Numbered from the stretch's first letter, positions 17,839 through 28,193 are shown. The stretch is DNA of 64,000 nt from Promethearchaeota archaeon (GCA_030603385.1 JAUVXW010000014.1:1-64000), one strand, 5' to 3'. Notes: generated from the sequence alone by a model not told the origin. Translations and numbers: made by a program.

Positions 17839-20601
17839 TTAAATTAAAAAGAGTATTTGTCCTAGAAAGCTTACTATATCAACTACTTTTAATTTTTCTT
17901 TTAATTCTCGATGTTCATTTAAATAACAATTTAAGTGAGCTATGCATTTTGGACAAGCGGTAATTAAGTATTCTGCGCCAGTCTCTATAGCCTGATTAAT
18001 TTTTTTCTCTTGGAGTTTTTTTGAATCTTCACTACAAGAAATATAAGCAGAAACTCCACAACACTCCGCATCTTGCATGGTATCTTCCATTTCGACTAAT
18101 TCTATAGAGGGAATTTGTTTTAGTACTTCACGCGGAGCATCAAAAACATTATTCATTCTCCCAAGTCTGCAGGGATCGTGATAAGTCACTTTTATTTTGT
18201 CTAAACTTGGAAATGATATATCTTCTAATAGTTTTTCTTTTAAAATATACTCAGTAATGTGGTAAATCTCAAAATCAAACTCATCAGTACCCTTAAAAAG
18301 ATCCTTGTATTCATGTTTCCAGGTATAATATCCTTCAGCACAACTAAAGATAAGAGTTTTAACTCCTGCTTCTTTAAACAATTTTATATTATATTCAGCT
18401 AATTTTTTAAAAGTATCTACATCTCCACGCCAAAGACTGTCATGACCACAACACTTTTCTTCGGGTAGTACAACTGGAACAATATCATTTTGATTCAAAA
18501 TACCTATAACTCTTTTAGGAATTTCTAAGTAATCAGGAGCATTCAGAGATCGCCAATTATCTTGACTCCCATAATCACATATCATAACTCCAGAAGCATC
18601 AAGTGCTTTTTCAAAATCTTCTGGGATCTGATCAGAATTAGAGCAACAATTACAATTTAAGCAACGGTTAGCTTCTTTTTTCGCTTGTTCCTCAGAAAAA
18701 CCTAATTCTATTTCATCAAAACAAACCAGCCTTTCGGAACTGGGCATAAAGTTCATTTCTTGGCATGATTGTGATTGTATATACTTTTTAGGAATAGTAG
18801 ATCGTTTAAGATCATTCTTTCTTATTCTTCCTTCTTTTAAATCAAGCCCTCGGAGATAACGATCAATAGTAAATGCCGCTTCTCTCCCATCTCCAATGGC
18901 ATCAACAGCACACATTAATGAATTATAAATTATATCTCCTCCAGCAAAAACACCAGGAATTCCAGTTTCATATGTCAAATCATCAACTACAATTTTTCCT
19001 CTTTCAATTTTTAATTTTTTATCCGTAGCAGCATTAAGTGGTTCTGGATCAAGTCCCTGACCAATCGCTATTACAATATGATCGACAACGATTTTAAATT
19101 CTGAACCTTTAATTTTATTTAAAGGTCTCCTCCCTGTTTCAGGGTCAGGCTCACCCCATTCAATTTTATAGCAATTCAAAGCTAATTTTCCATCTGGTTC
19201 TTGAGTGATTTTCGCTGTTGATGTCTCAAAATGGTATTCCATTACTTCTCTCTCAGCCTCATGCAAATCCTTAAGTACATTCTTTAAAGCTTCTTCTGTC
19301 AAAATATCGACAAGATCAGCCTTGGTTGCTCCGAGCCGAAGAGCTGTTTCACCAGCATCAACGGCTACTGCTCCACCTCCAATAATTCCAAAAGTTTTGC
19401 CCTTAAATTCTTCTGGATTTTCCACACATTTATATTTTCGCTCTAAAAGAAAATCTATGGCTACATGCACGTTAGGTAAATCTTCACCTTCAAGTCTGAG
19501 AGTTTTGGGTACATACAAGCCGACAGCAATAAAGACAGCTTTAAAATCGTGTTTCCAAATATCTTCTATTGTGAAATTTGGACCAAACTCTTTATTTAAA
19601 ACAATCTCTACTCCCATGCTTTTTATAAAATCTACATCATGGTCAAGAGCCTCATCAGAAAGTCTATATTGTGGAACACCGTATCTTACGACTCCACCGG
19701 TTTTATCCCCTTTCTCGAATATGGTTGGTTTATATCCCATTCTTGCGAGAAAATAAGCAGCAGATAATCCACCTGGTCCAGCACCAATAATAGCAACTTT
19801 TTCTTTAGTTTGCGCCACAGGTTTTATTCTACTTTGATTAGGATGTTCAGTTTCCCAGTCGGAAACAAATCGCTTAAGTTCACGGATAGCAACTGGATCA
19901 TCAAAATGTTCACGATTACAATTTAATGCACATTGAGCAGTACAAATTCGTCCACATAAGTAAGGTAACGGGTTTGTTTCTCTTATTAGATCGATAGATT
20001 CCTGAAATTTGCCTTCTGAAATTAATGAAACGTATCCTTGGACATCAACTCCTGCAGGACATCCTACAACACAAGGTGCTGTACCTGTTAAGAAAGGTAC
20101 GCATCCCATAAAGTAGCCAATTTCTCCTTTATCCGTTGTTTTTAATCCTGTTCCTTCTAAAAATCCAGTTTTATTAGTAAATTTGATTTTATCATCAGCC
20201 ATTAATTTAGGTAAACTTGAGTATACTCTTTCATGATTACAGCTCAATAAAGTCTCTTTTAATGGTTCATATTCTGAAGCCAACGAACGAAGATCTTTAA
20301 TAATTTTAGTAAAATTGACGCCTACATCTTCCTTAGTCATTGGACAATATACTGAACACAATCCACATGTTAAGCATTTCCATATGTCATTGTTTTCTAA
20401 AGCCTCTTCGGGTGTTGAAAAAGTAAGATCCATAATTAGGCTACGTGGGTAAAATATATCAAGATAAGCAGTTGGACATACATTGTTACAACGATTACAT
20501 GAGTAACAATAATTAGCAGCAGTATTTACTCTTTTGAGCAACTTTATTGACTCTGCACTCGTGATTTTTTCATCAGCTACTTTATTATCAGATTCAGTCA
20601 T
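17839..20601 (-). CDS. Fusion: HdrC-like 2x[4Fe-4S] + HdrB/D CCG domains with an inserted NfnB/GltD-like flavoprotein
   Basis: CYSCNRCNNVCP, WKCLTCGLCSVYCP; GYFMGC; APCVVGCP..NPLP..CGRIC; GAGPGG; GGGAVAVD; GVFAGGD; EKCCG, CAEG; TYHDPCRLGR, ECCG, ACPKC. Confidence 0.85.
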   Translation of the reverse strand: MTESDNKVADEKITSAESIKLLKRVNTAANYCYSCNRCNNVCPTAYLDIFYPRSLIMDLTFSTPEEALENNDIWKCLTCGLCSVYCPMTKEDVGVNFTKIIKDLRSLASEYEPLKETLLSCNHERVYSSLPKLMADDKIKFTNKTGFLEGTGLKTTDKGEIGYFMGCVPFLTGTAPCVVGCPAGVDVQGYVSLISEGKFQESIDLIRETNPLPYLCGRICTAQCALNCNREHFDDPVAIRELKRFVSDWETEHPNQSRIKPVAQTKEKVAIIGAGPGGLSAAYFLARMGYKPTIFEKGDKTGGVVRYGVPQYRLSDEALDHDVDFIKSMGVEIVLNKEFGPNFTIEDIWKHDFKAVFIAVGLYVPKTLRLEGEDLPNVHVAIDFLLERKYKCVENPEEFKGKTFGIIGGGAVAVDAGETALRLGATKADLVDILTEEALKNVLKDLHEAEREVMEYHFETSTAKITQEPDGKLALNCYKIEWGEPDPETGRRPLNKIKGSEFKIVVDHIVIAIGQGLDPEPLNAATDKKLKIERGKIVVDDLTYETGIPGVFAGGDIIYNSLMCAVDAIGDGREAAFTIDRYLRGLDLKEGRIRKNDLKRSTIPKKYIQSQSCQEMNFMPSSERLVCFDEIELGFSEEQAKKEANRCLNCNCCSNSDQIPEDFEKALDASGVMICDYGSQDNWRSLNAPDYLEIPKRVIGILNQNDIVPVVLPEEKCCGHDSLWRGDVDTFKKLAEYNIKLFKEAGVKTLIFSCAEGYYTWKHEYKDLFKGTDEFDFEIYHITEYILKEKLLEDISFPSLDKIKVTYHDPCRLGRMNNVFDAPREVLKQIPSIELVEMEDTMQDAECCGVSAYISCSEDSKKLQEKKINQAIETGAEYLITACPKCIAHLNCYLNEHRELKEKLKVVDIVSFLGQILFLI

Positions 20602-20695
20602 TTTACATCGTAAAAAATAAGTAATTTACTGTCTATTAAAAATGGTGTTTTTATTTTGAATCTAACTATTATAATTTGATTATGAAAAATTTATA

Positions 20696-21565
20696 TTAGT
20701 TATTCTTAGGATTACCCTGAGGACAAATTTTTAGACAGTATGAACAATAGTTATTATTTATAAGACTTTCGATACATTTAGAGCGGTCAATATGTGTTAT
20801 TACGGGAGAATCATCATGATAAATTGGTGTTTCATAGGCAGCACCTCCCTTACAACCCCTAATGCAAGCACCACATTCTTTACAATAATCTTCCAACCAT
20901 TTCAAATCTTTTTTAATTGGAGTGGGTATTTCAGCATCAGTAGATATAATAGCCCATCTTTGACGAGGTCCAAACTCAGGTGTGATTACAAGGCCATTTC
21001 TTCCCTTAATTCCTAGTCGCGCGGCAACAGCGTGAGGTGGGAATAAAAATTTACCCCCAAAAGGATGATGAGCTTCACTCTTATATCCAAGTTCTTTTAG
21101 ATATTCTGTTAATTGAATAGTTATTTCTCCTAATTCATAATATACCCGAAAAGCTTCAATGCTACAATTAATGCTTGGAGCAGTTTTTATTTCATCCCAC
21201 TCCATTTCCATTCCAAGTATGATCGCATTTCTTCCAAATACTTTAAGGTTATAAAAAACAAAATCTTCAATAATAGGAGTATATCCGATAAGATCAACCC
21301 CTAACTCTTTTGATTTCTTTTCAAAATTCTGCCAAAATTCAGAGGTTGTTTCTGTTTTATTATTATTTTCATTTCCATATTTAGTCTTTCTAGCCTCTTG
21401 AAAACCATTAAAAGTATCCTGAATATATTTACTATATTTCTTAGAAATTTCACGATCTATTTTATCATCAGACTGTAATTTCATTCTAAAGAGTTCTGTT
21501 GGTACTATAAACTTTAAGCTCTCATTCTTACCAATATAAGTTGGTTCTATCCCTAATTCCGACAT
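20696..21565 (-). CDS. Reductive dehalogenase/QueG-superfamily cobalamin Fe-S protein
   Basis: AVAARLG..GRNGLVITPEFGPRQR....TD, CKECGACIRGC, CSYCLKICP; no TAT signal. Confidence 0.75.
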   Translation of the reverse strand: MSELGIEPTYIGKNESLKFIVPTELFRMKLQSDDKIDREISKKYSKYIQDTFNGFQEARKTKYGNENNNKTETTSEFWQNFEKKSKELGVDLIGYTPIIEDFVFYNLKVFGRNAIILGMEMEWDEIKTAPSINCSIEAFRVYYELGEITIQLTEYLKELGYKSEAHHPFGGKFLFPPHAVAARLGIKGRNGLVITPEFGPRQRWAIISTDAEIPTPIKKDLKWLEDYCKECGACIRGCKGGAAYETPIYHDDSPVITHIDRSKCIESLINNNYCSYCLKICPQGNPKNN

Positions 21566-21635
21566 TTCTTAATCAGTTTTAATTTAAAATACTAAAATTT
21601 TTACTTCTTCTCATACTAAATACAATATAAAGATA

Positions 21636-24600
21636 ATGGTTTCAAAGATAAAAGCACTTAAATATAATTGTCCATTCTGTGGAAAGGAATTAGAATCAAG
21701 ATTTTCCAAATGTTTCAATGTATATTGCCAAGGGCAGAAGTTCAATTTAGGAAATTTAGTGATTTATAGGCTAAATCCAGACTTAGGATTAGGCAAGGTT
21801 ATCAAAATAATAGAAATCCCTACTTCAAAGTCTTTAGATGATGAAGACACTCAAATTCTTACCAAATATAAAGTGCTCTTTAAAAATAATATTATTAAAA
21901 TAATCCATCCTATTGATTTGATTCATTTTGTTTTCGATATCAATGAAAAAATTGAAAGTAAACAAGGTATTGGCATAATAAATTCAAAAGATTTTATGGT
22001 TAAAGATGGATCAATATCATATGAATTTCTAAAAGAAGATGGTAAAAAAACTCAAATTTACGAGAATGAAATTTATGCTAAATACGCTACACCGATAGAG
22101 ACTCTAATATTAAAACAGAGAATTGATCCCCCACGAAATTTTTTGCTCAAATATTGGGCTCATTTGTTTTATTCTTATTATACGTCTTATCAAATCAAAT
22201 GTATTATTAATTCTCGTTTATCTTTAATGCCACATCAAATAAATGTTACACATCGTTTAGCCGAGGAGCATTTTCCTAGAATTATTCTAGCGGATGAAGT
22301 AGGATTAGGAAAAACAATAGAAGCTGGAATATACATTAAGGAAATGATGGCTCGGAATCTTTCTGAGAGAATATTAATTATAGTTCCAGCATCGTTAGTT
22401 TGGCAATGGAAATTCGAACTTGAAAACAAATTTAACTTAAATTTTACTATTTATGATGGTAAAAAAATAAAAGAATTAAAACGTAGAGGGTATTTTAAGA
22501 GTGCATATTTACTTCAAAATCCATTTTATTATAATAATTTAATTATCTGTTCACTTCAATTTACACGAAATAGAAAATATATCGAGTTATTATCAAAAAT
22601 TTCATGGGATATTGTAATTTTTGATGAAGCACATCATTTACGACGTTATCTGATAAATGCTGCTACAGGAAGATATAGAGAAACGTTAAATTATGAGTTA
22701 GCTCGAAATTTAAGCACGAGTTCTGAAAGTATGCTTTTATTAACCGCGACACCATTACAACTCAATTCATTTGAACTTTATTCTTTAATTGAGCTTATAC
22801 ATCCTGAAATTTTTACTTCATTTAGTGAATTTGAGCATTTTAGAAAAAACTTACAATTTATTAATCTTCTATTTACAAACATAAATCAAATTGATAAGTT
22901 AAATAATTTTGAAGTCAAAAATACTCTAAAATTGTTGCGAAAACTAAGATATATAAATGAGAATAAAACAAATGAGCAAGTTTTATCAGAACTAGGCGAT
23001 GAGTCATTCAAACAAAAATTATTTAGAAAAATTGAAGAAGATCATACTTTATCGAAACTAATTATCAGAAATAGAAAGAAGAATGTTTTTACAGAAGAAT
23101 TTCAGAACAAAAGGATTGTTAATACTATTATAGTTAACCCAACAAAGGAAGAGTTAGAGGTTTATAATGAAATTCGGTTATACCTTGCCCAAATCTATAA
23201 TTCATCTATTAGTCGGGAAAATGCGGGTTTAGGATTTGTAATAACTACTCTTCAGAAGTTATTAACAAGCTCGAAGTATGCAATTCTTAAGAGCCTTGAG
23301 CGAAGATTAGAACAGATTTCTCGTTATAAAGATATTTTTCTTAACTTAGATGTTATAAAAGAGGAAGATCCTGAATTTTTCGAACTAGAACTGGAAGAAG
23401 AATTCCTTGATTCCGAATCATTCGATAACCTTAAAGAAAAATTAACAGAAAAACAAATTGAAGAAAGTCTTAAGATATCTAATCAAGAAAAGATTTTAAA
23501 GGAGTTTTACATAAAATTAAAGAAAATTCCATATGATTCAAAATCTGATAAATTAATTGAAATCCTTGATCAGATATATTCTCACAATTCTAATGAAAAA
23601 GTTATAGTATTTACGCAATTTGTTGATACGCTTAAATTTTTAAAAGAGTTAATAGTAGAAAAACAAGAAAATAGCTATTTTGTAGAAATTTTTTATGGTG
23701 GATTAGACAAACAACAAAAAAATGAAGCGGTTGAGAGATTCCGTAATCATCAAGGATTTTCAGTATTACTCTCGACGGAAATAGGAGGTGAAGGTCGTAA
23801 TTTTCAATTCTGTAGAACACTTATTAATTATGATTTACCATGGAATCCAATGAAACTTGAACAAAGAATTGGTCGTGTTGATAGAATTGGACAGGAATCA
23901 CGAGAAATTTATATTTATAACTTTTATATGGAAGGTACTGTTGAGACGGATGTAATTTATGCTTTAATTAAAAGAATTAACTTATTTGAAGAATCAATAG
24001 GAATTTTAGAGCCAATCATAGGAAAAGTTGAGAAAGACCTTAAAAACGTTATTTTTGCTGAAGATGATGGTAAGAAGAGGAAAAAACTTAATAAATTTTA
24101 TCGTACTCTAGATGAAGAGATAAAAAAAGCAAAAGAAATTGAGATGCAATTAGACGATTTAATGATCGATAAAAAATCATTCCAAATGGAAGGACATCTC
24201 AGCTCTTTAGCCTCTTGTATCGATGTGAAGTTAACACATAATGAACTATTTCTCCTTATGAACCATTTTTTAAATCTCGATAATAATAAATACGGATTCA
24301 TAGAAAATATTAAAACGGATTTAGTTCAAACGAAAGAATTGGATGACGTTATGTCAAAGATAAAAATCAATGATATTTTATTAAAAAGTCCTAAATACAA
24401 ACTTTCAAATGAATATACTGGTACCTTTAATTTAGAATTTGCAAGAGAAAGAGAAGAAATTGATTTTTTTGCCTTAGGTCATCCATTAATTAATGCTGTT
24501 TTAGATCTCTGTAGAGATGATTCGTTTAAAGGTACCTACACCATACTTGAAATAAGAAAACAGAATTTACCAATACATTTTAAATTAGAATCACCCCTAA

Positions 24601-25247
24601 TAAAGGAATTATTTCTCTTTATCTTCATCGTCAAATTCCAAGGATATATAATTGAAAGTCAGATCTTACCTGTAATTGTAGACAAAAACGAAAATGAAAT
24701 GAAGAATTTAGATAGTTTTGTGTTAGACATAGAAAACTATGATAAAATATTTCAATTCGATAATGAGAGAGACGAGATGAATCTGGATGGCAATTTTATT
24801 ATTACTCTCCAAGAAAAAGCTAAAAAGCTCATAAAATCTAAGACATCAATTTGGAAAAGGGAAGTTAGGAAATTAAATGAAAATTTATTTACAAAAGAAT
24901 GGGATAAGAAAAGGAAAATCTATGAGCAAAATAAGAGTGGTTTAAATTTAAAATTAGGATCGTTGAAATTAAGATTAGAAAGAAAAGAAAAAAATAGACC
25001 AACACAACGGCAATTACAAAATATAAATAACTTGAAGGATGAAACAAGGAAACAGAAAAGGTTACAGGATATGCAGAATTTAGAAGAAGAAATCAAGTTT
25101 ATTGAAAAAGATATAAAGATTATAGAAAAGAAATTAGATGATATCGCTTTTGAACATGAAGATTTAACTAATGATATGAAGAGGCGTAATTTAGCTAAGT
25201 TCTATACAAACTTACTATCACTTGCAATTATTAGAATCATTGATTAA
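21636..25247 (+). CDS. RapA/HepA-like SNF2 helicase with N-terminal Zn ribbon and C-terminal coiled coil
   Basis: LADEVGLGKT, DEAHH, LTATP, STEIGGEGRNFQF, YDLPWNPMKLEQRIGRVDRIGQ. Confidence 0.9.
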   Translation: MVSKIKALKYNCPFCGKELESRFSKCFNVYCQGQKFNLGNLVIYRLNPDLGLGKVIKIIEIPTSKSLDDEDTQILTKYKVLFKNNIIKIIHPIDLIHFVFDINEKIESKQGIGIINSKDFMVKDGSISYEFLKEDGKKTQIYENEIYAKYATPIETLILKQRIDPPRNFLLKYWAHLFYSYYTSYQIKCIINSRLSLMPHQINVTHRLAEEHFPRIILADEVGLGKTIEAGIYIKEMMARNLSERILIIVPASLVWQWKFELENKFNLNFTIYDGKKIKELKRRGYFKSAYLLQNPFYYNNLIICSLQFTRNRKYIELLSKISWDIVIFDEAHHLRRYLINAATGRYRETLNYELARNLSTSSESMLLLTATPLQLNSFELYSLIELIHPEIFTSFSEFEHFRKNLQFINLLFTNINQIDKLNNFEVKNTLKLLRKLRYINENKTNEQVLSELGDESFKQKLFRKIEEDHTLSKLIIRNRKKNVFTEEFQNKRIVNTIIVNPTKEELEVYNEIRLYLAQIYNSSISRENAGLGFVITTLQKLLTSSKYAILKSLERRLEQISRYKDIFLNLDVIKEEDPEFFELELEEEFLDSESFDNLKEKLTEKQIEESLKISNQEKILKEFYIKLKKIPYDSKSDKLIEILDQIYSHNSNEKVIVFTQFVDTLKFLKELIVEKQENSYFVEIFYGGLDKQQKNEAVERFRNHQGFSVLLSTEIGGEGRNFQFCRTLINYDLPWNPMKLEQRIGRVDRIGQESREIYIYNFYMEGTVETDVIYALIKRINLFEESIGILEPIIGKVEKDLKNVIFAEDDGKKRKKLNKFYRTLDEEIKKAKEIEMQLDDLMIDKKSFQMEGHLSSLASCIDVKLTHNELFLLMNHFLNLDNNKYGFIENIKTDLVQTKELDDVMSKIKINDILLKSPKYKLSNEYTGTFNLEFAREREEIDFFALGHPLINAVLDLCRDDSFKGTYTILEIRKQNLPIHFKLESPLIKELFLFIFIVKFQGYIIESQILPVIVDKNENEMKNLDSFVLDIENYDKIFQFDNERDEMNLDGNFIITLQEKAKKLIKSKTSIWKREVRKLNENLFTKEWDKKRKIYEQNKSGLNLKLGSLKLRLERKEKNRPTQRQLQNINNLKDETRKQKRLQDMQNLEEEIKFIEKDIKIIEKKLDDIAFEHEDLTNDMKRRNLAKFYTNLLSLAIIRIID

Positions 25248-25276
25248 TTAATGAGTCGAAAGAGAATTATAAGATC

Positions 25277-25813
25277 TTACTCGAGTTTCTGATTTTTTAT
25301 CATTCTGTGAGTAAGATTTAGAAATGCACCTTCGACATTTTCGCCTGTTTTAGCTGAGGTTTCTACAAAATATGTATTTTCACTTTTCGCATATTCTTCA
25401 ACACCCTCTTTGTCGTATTCTCCGAAAACATCTTTAATGAGATCAACTTTATTTCCTATCAATATAAAAGGAACACCTTCTCCAGCAAATTCTCGTAAAT
25501 CAGAAACCCAATCATTTAATTCTTCATATGTATGCCATCTTGAAATATCGAAAACTACTAATGCCCCATTAGCTCCATTAAAAAAGCTTGATCTTAAAAA
25601 TTTATATCTTTCTTGCCCCCCAATATCCCATATCTGTAATTTGCAAGTTGTATCGGGATTTGGGTATCCTTCAATTACTTTAGATAAAAAATCAGCTCCA
25701 ATTGTAAGCTTGTATCTAAAATTAAACTTATTTTCTACAAATCTATGTAAAAGACTTGTTTTTCCTACAGCACCACCACCAATAATTATTACTTTGAAAA
25801 CAAATAACGGCAT
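25277..25813 (-). CDS. Rab-like small GTPase
   Basis: GGGAVGKT, YKLTIGADF, WDIGGQER, NKVD, ETSAK; no C-terminal prenylation Cys. Confidence 0.93.
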   Translation of the reverse strand: MPLFVFKVIIIGGGAVGKTSLLHRFVENKFNFRYKLTIGADFLSKVIEGYPNPDTTCKLQIWDIGGQERYKFLRSSFFNGANGALVVFDISRWHTYEELNDWVSDLREFAGEGVPFILIGNKVDLIKDVFGEYDKEGVEEYAKSENTYFVETSAKTGENVEGAFLNLTHRMIKNQKLE

Positions 25814-25961
25814 TAAAACAACTTTTACTAATTTTTACGATTCTAATAAATAATCTCCATCAGATATTTAAACATTTTCATAAACGATTCATTTAAATAA
25901 GAACGACAAAAAGCATTTATGATTCTTTAGGGGGTAGATTCCATCTTTTTCTACAAATTTG

Positions 25962-26534
25962 TTAAGAGTTTTGCTTTAACATTCGCCGAGTTAGTTCAAT
26001 AAAAGCATTCTCAACATTATCGCCTGTTTTAGCAGAAGTTTCAATATAAATACTTTCTTCATTTTCAGCAAACTTCTTAGGTTTGTCCCTATTGATTACT
26101 TCACCGACTTCAGGGAGTAAATCAGATTTATTCCCCAATATTATAATGGGAATCTTTTCTTCAAGTATACTACGCATATCTATAAGCCATTCTTTCATTT
26201 TGGGAAATGTATTTGCTCTTGAAAGGTCAAAAACTAATAGTGCTCCATGGGCTCCTTCATAAAAACTACGACGTAGGATTTTGAAACGTTCTTGGCCACC
26301 CACATCCCAAATAGAAAGTTTTGCGATTTTATCTTTTTCAAATTTTACTGTTTTAGCTAAAAAGTCTACACCTATAGTGAATTTATAACTTGTTGAGAAT
26401 TGATCCTCTACGAATCTTCTGATGAGACTAGTTTTGCCAACCGCGGAAGGACCTATTATTAAACACTTAAATGTAAAATCCGCAGTCATTATTAGATGAG
26501 TTTGATTTTTTTTAAAAATTAAATTATAAAACAA
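25962..26534 (-). CDS. Rab-like small GTPase
   Basis: GPSAVGKT, YKFTIGVDF, WDVGGQER, NKSD, ETSAK; true start probably the internal M of MTADF. Confidence 0.93.
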   Translation of the reverse strand: MFYNLIFKKNQTHLIMTADFTFKCLIIGPSAVGKTSLIRRFVEDQFSTSYKFTIGVDFLAKTVKFEKDKIAKLSIWDVGGQERFKILRRSFYEGAHGALLVFDLSRANTFPKMKEWLIDMRSILEEKIPIIILGNKSDLLPEVGEVINRDKPKKFAENEESIYIETSAKTGDNVENAFIELTRRMLKQNS

Positions 26535-26552
26535 TAATTGGTTGTTTCTTTA

Positions 26553-27365
26553 TTAAATCTTTATTAAATTGTACTTTTTACCAAATTTCTTAAATAATTT
26601 GGTTCCACCCCCCTCTTGCAAAATTCTCAATGTTGACTTTGAATCAGTGATTTCCATTCCACCGACAATGTCTACACCATAATCAAACAAAATATCTGGT
26701 AGCATGCCTACAGATGGTCCCATTACTATAGTTTTTCGAGCCTTTTTTCTGAAAAGATTTAAAATTTTTTCAATAGTATTATTTATTAAAGAAGTACCGG
26801 TACAAAATAGAATATCAGTAGAAATTTCCTCTTTCTCTAATTCATCTATATTTGTTCGAAAATTAAATTCGCTGAATTCTTTTGGGGTTGAAATTGTATC
26901 TTCCACTAAAGTAATGTTTAATGTCTTTTTTCTTAATTTTTGAATAAGAGGTTTCATTAATCCAATAATAGTAATACTCGTATCCTGATTAATCTCTAAA
27001 AATTCAAAAGGATCTCCTATTAACTTGGAGTAAGAATTCTTTATTTTTAAAATATGTTGAGACACAGCATTTACAGTAGCAATTCCAATAATCTTTTTTA
27101 AGCTTGGTGTTAGGTAAGACCACTCTAATAATTCTAATAGTTTTTTGTTGGTGAGGTTTCCAGCAAAGTTGATTTTGCTACAATCAACACTATTAATTAG
27201 GCTTGGTAGGGTAGAAGCTAATCCTAAAATTGGTTCTAAACCATAAGCAGAAACTTCTACCCCTGTATAGCCTAAGCCTATTACAACTTTACTAACTTTT
27301 GGAGATACTATTTCATGAACTTTATAGATTTGCTTAATGAACTCAACAGTTTTTTCAAGAATCAT
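26553..27365 (-). CDS. DUF364 / Rossmann-like putative heavy-metal chelation protein
   Basis: IGIATVNAVSQ, IG.M.P, TGTSLINNT, MGPS...P..LFDYGVD.VGG, GGG pattern. Confidence 0.75.
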   Translation of the reverse strand: MILEKTVEFIKQIYKVHEIVSPKVSKVVIGLGYTGVEVSAYGLEPILGLASTLPSLINSVDCSKINFAGNLTNKKLLELLEWSYLTPSLKKIIGIATVNAVSQHILKIKNSYSKLIGDPFEFLEINQDTSITIIGLMKPLIQKLRKKTLNITLVEDTISTPKEFSEFNFRTNIDELEKEEISTDILFCTGTSLINNTIEKILNLFRKKARKTIVMGPSVGMLPDILFDYGVDIVGGMEITDSKSTLRILQEGGGTKLFKKFGKKYNLIKI

Positions 27366-27447
27366 TTATTCAAATATATATCAAGATCGTTTAAATAATA
27401 AAATTGCTTAATTTCAATTAAAAATTTATTTTGATTGTGAGATTGAT

Positions 27448-27825
27448 ATGGAGTATATTATCATTGAAAATGAAAAAATTGGTCAAATGAAAGCAAAATT
27501 GCTCACCGATAAGAATCCTAAGACATGTGAAGCAATTTGGAACGCATTACCCTTTGAAGTTAATCTATCAAGATGGGGAGAAGAATTGTATGGGGAAATC
27601 CCTGTTTCATTAGAAGAAGAAAATTCCCAAGTTGATTGTGAGGTAGGAGATATTGGTTATTGGCCTAGTGGAAAAGGATTTTGTATCTTTTTTGGTCCTA
27701 CGCCTGCTAGTAAAGGAGATAAACCAAAAGCAGCTTCTCCAGTAAATATATTCGCTAGAGTTGACGGAGATGCTAAAATATTTAACCAATTTTCATCTTT
27801 TAAAGGGCAAGTAAAAAGAGGTTAA
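27448..27825 (+). CDS. Cyclophilin-like fold protein (TM1367/DUF369 type)
   Basis: PKTCEAIWNALP, RWGEELY, GDIGYWPSG..FCIFFGPTP, ASPVN. Confidence 0.85.
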   Translation: MEYIIIENEKIGQMKAKLLTDKNPKTCEAIWNALPFEVNLSRWGEELYGEIPVSLEEENSQVDCEVGDIGYWPSGKGFCIFFGPTPASKGDKPKAASPVNIFARVDGDAKIFNQFSSFKGQVKRG

Positions 27826-27875
27826 TTAAAAATCTTACTCGTCTATAAAAACGTAGCTTTATCTACTATTTTTCT

Positions 27876-28193
27876 CTATATTTTATTGTATTTCTTTAAG
27901 ATTTTTTCGATTTCTAATTCTGCTTCAGAAATTTTGTAGTTCAAAGTAACATTCCTTTTTTTTAATTCATCGAACATCTCCCATATGGAAATTCCAGCAA
28001 TTTCGGATGCTTTTCCAAGGGAGATTTTATCTTTAAGATATTCTTTTAAAGCAAATTCTAACTTTTCTTGAGCGATGCTTTTCCATAATAATTTTCTTAT
28101 AAAACTGGATTGATCTTCTTTATATAGTTCCCGTAATTTGTCAATCTCTTCTTTCAAATCATCTGGTAGAACAATAGAAATTTTATCTCCCAT
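27876..28193 (-). CDS. UPF0175-family antitoxin
   Basis: RHH-like N-terminus plus Y...KISLGKASEIAGISIWEM..EL; ATG 28193 preceded by AGGTGA. Confidence 0.85.
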   Translation of the reverse strand: MGDKISIVLPDDLKEEIDKLRELYKEDQSSFIRKLLWKSIAQEKLEFALKEYLKDKISLGKASEIAGISIWEMFDELKKRNVTLNYKISEAELEIEKILKKYNKI

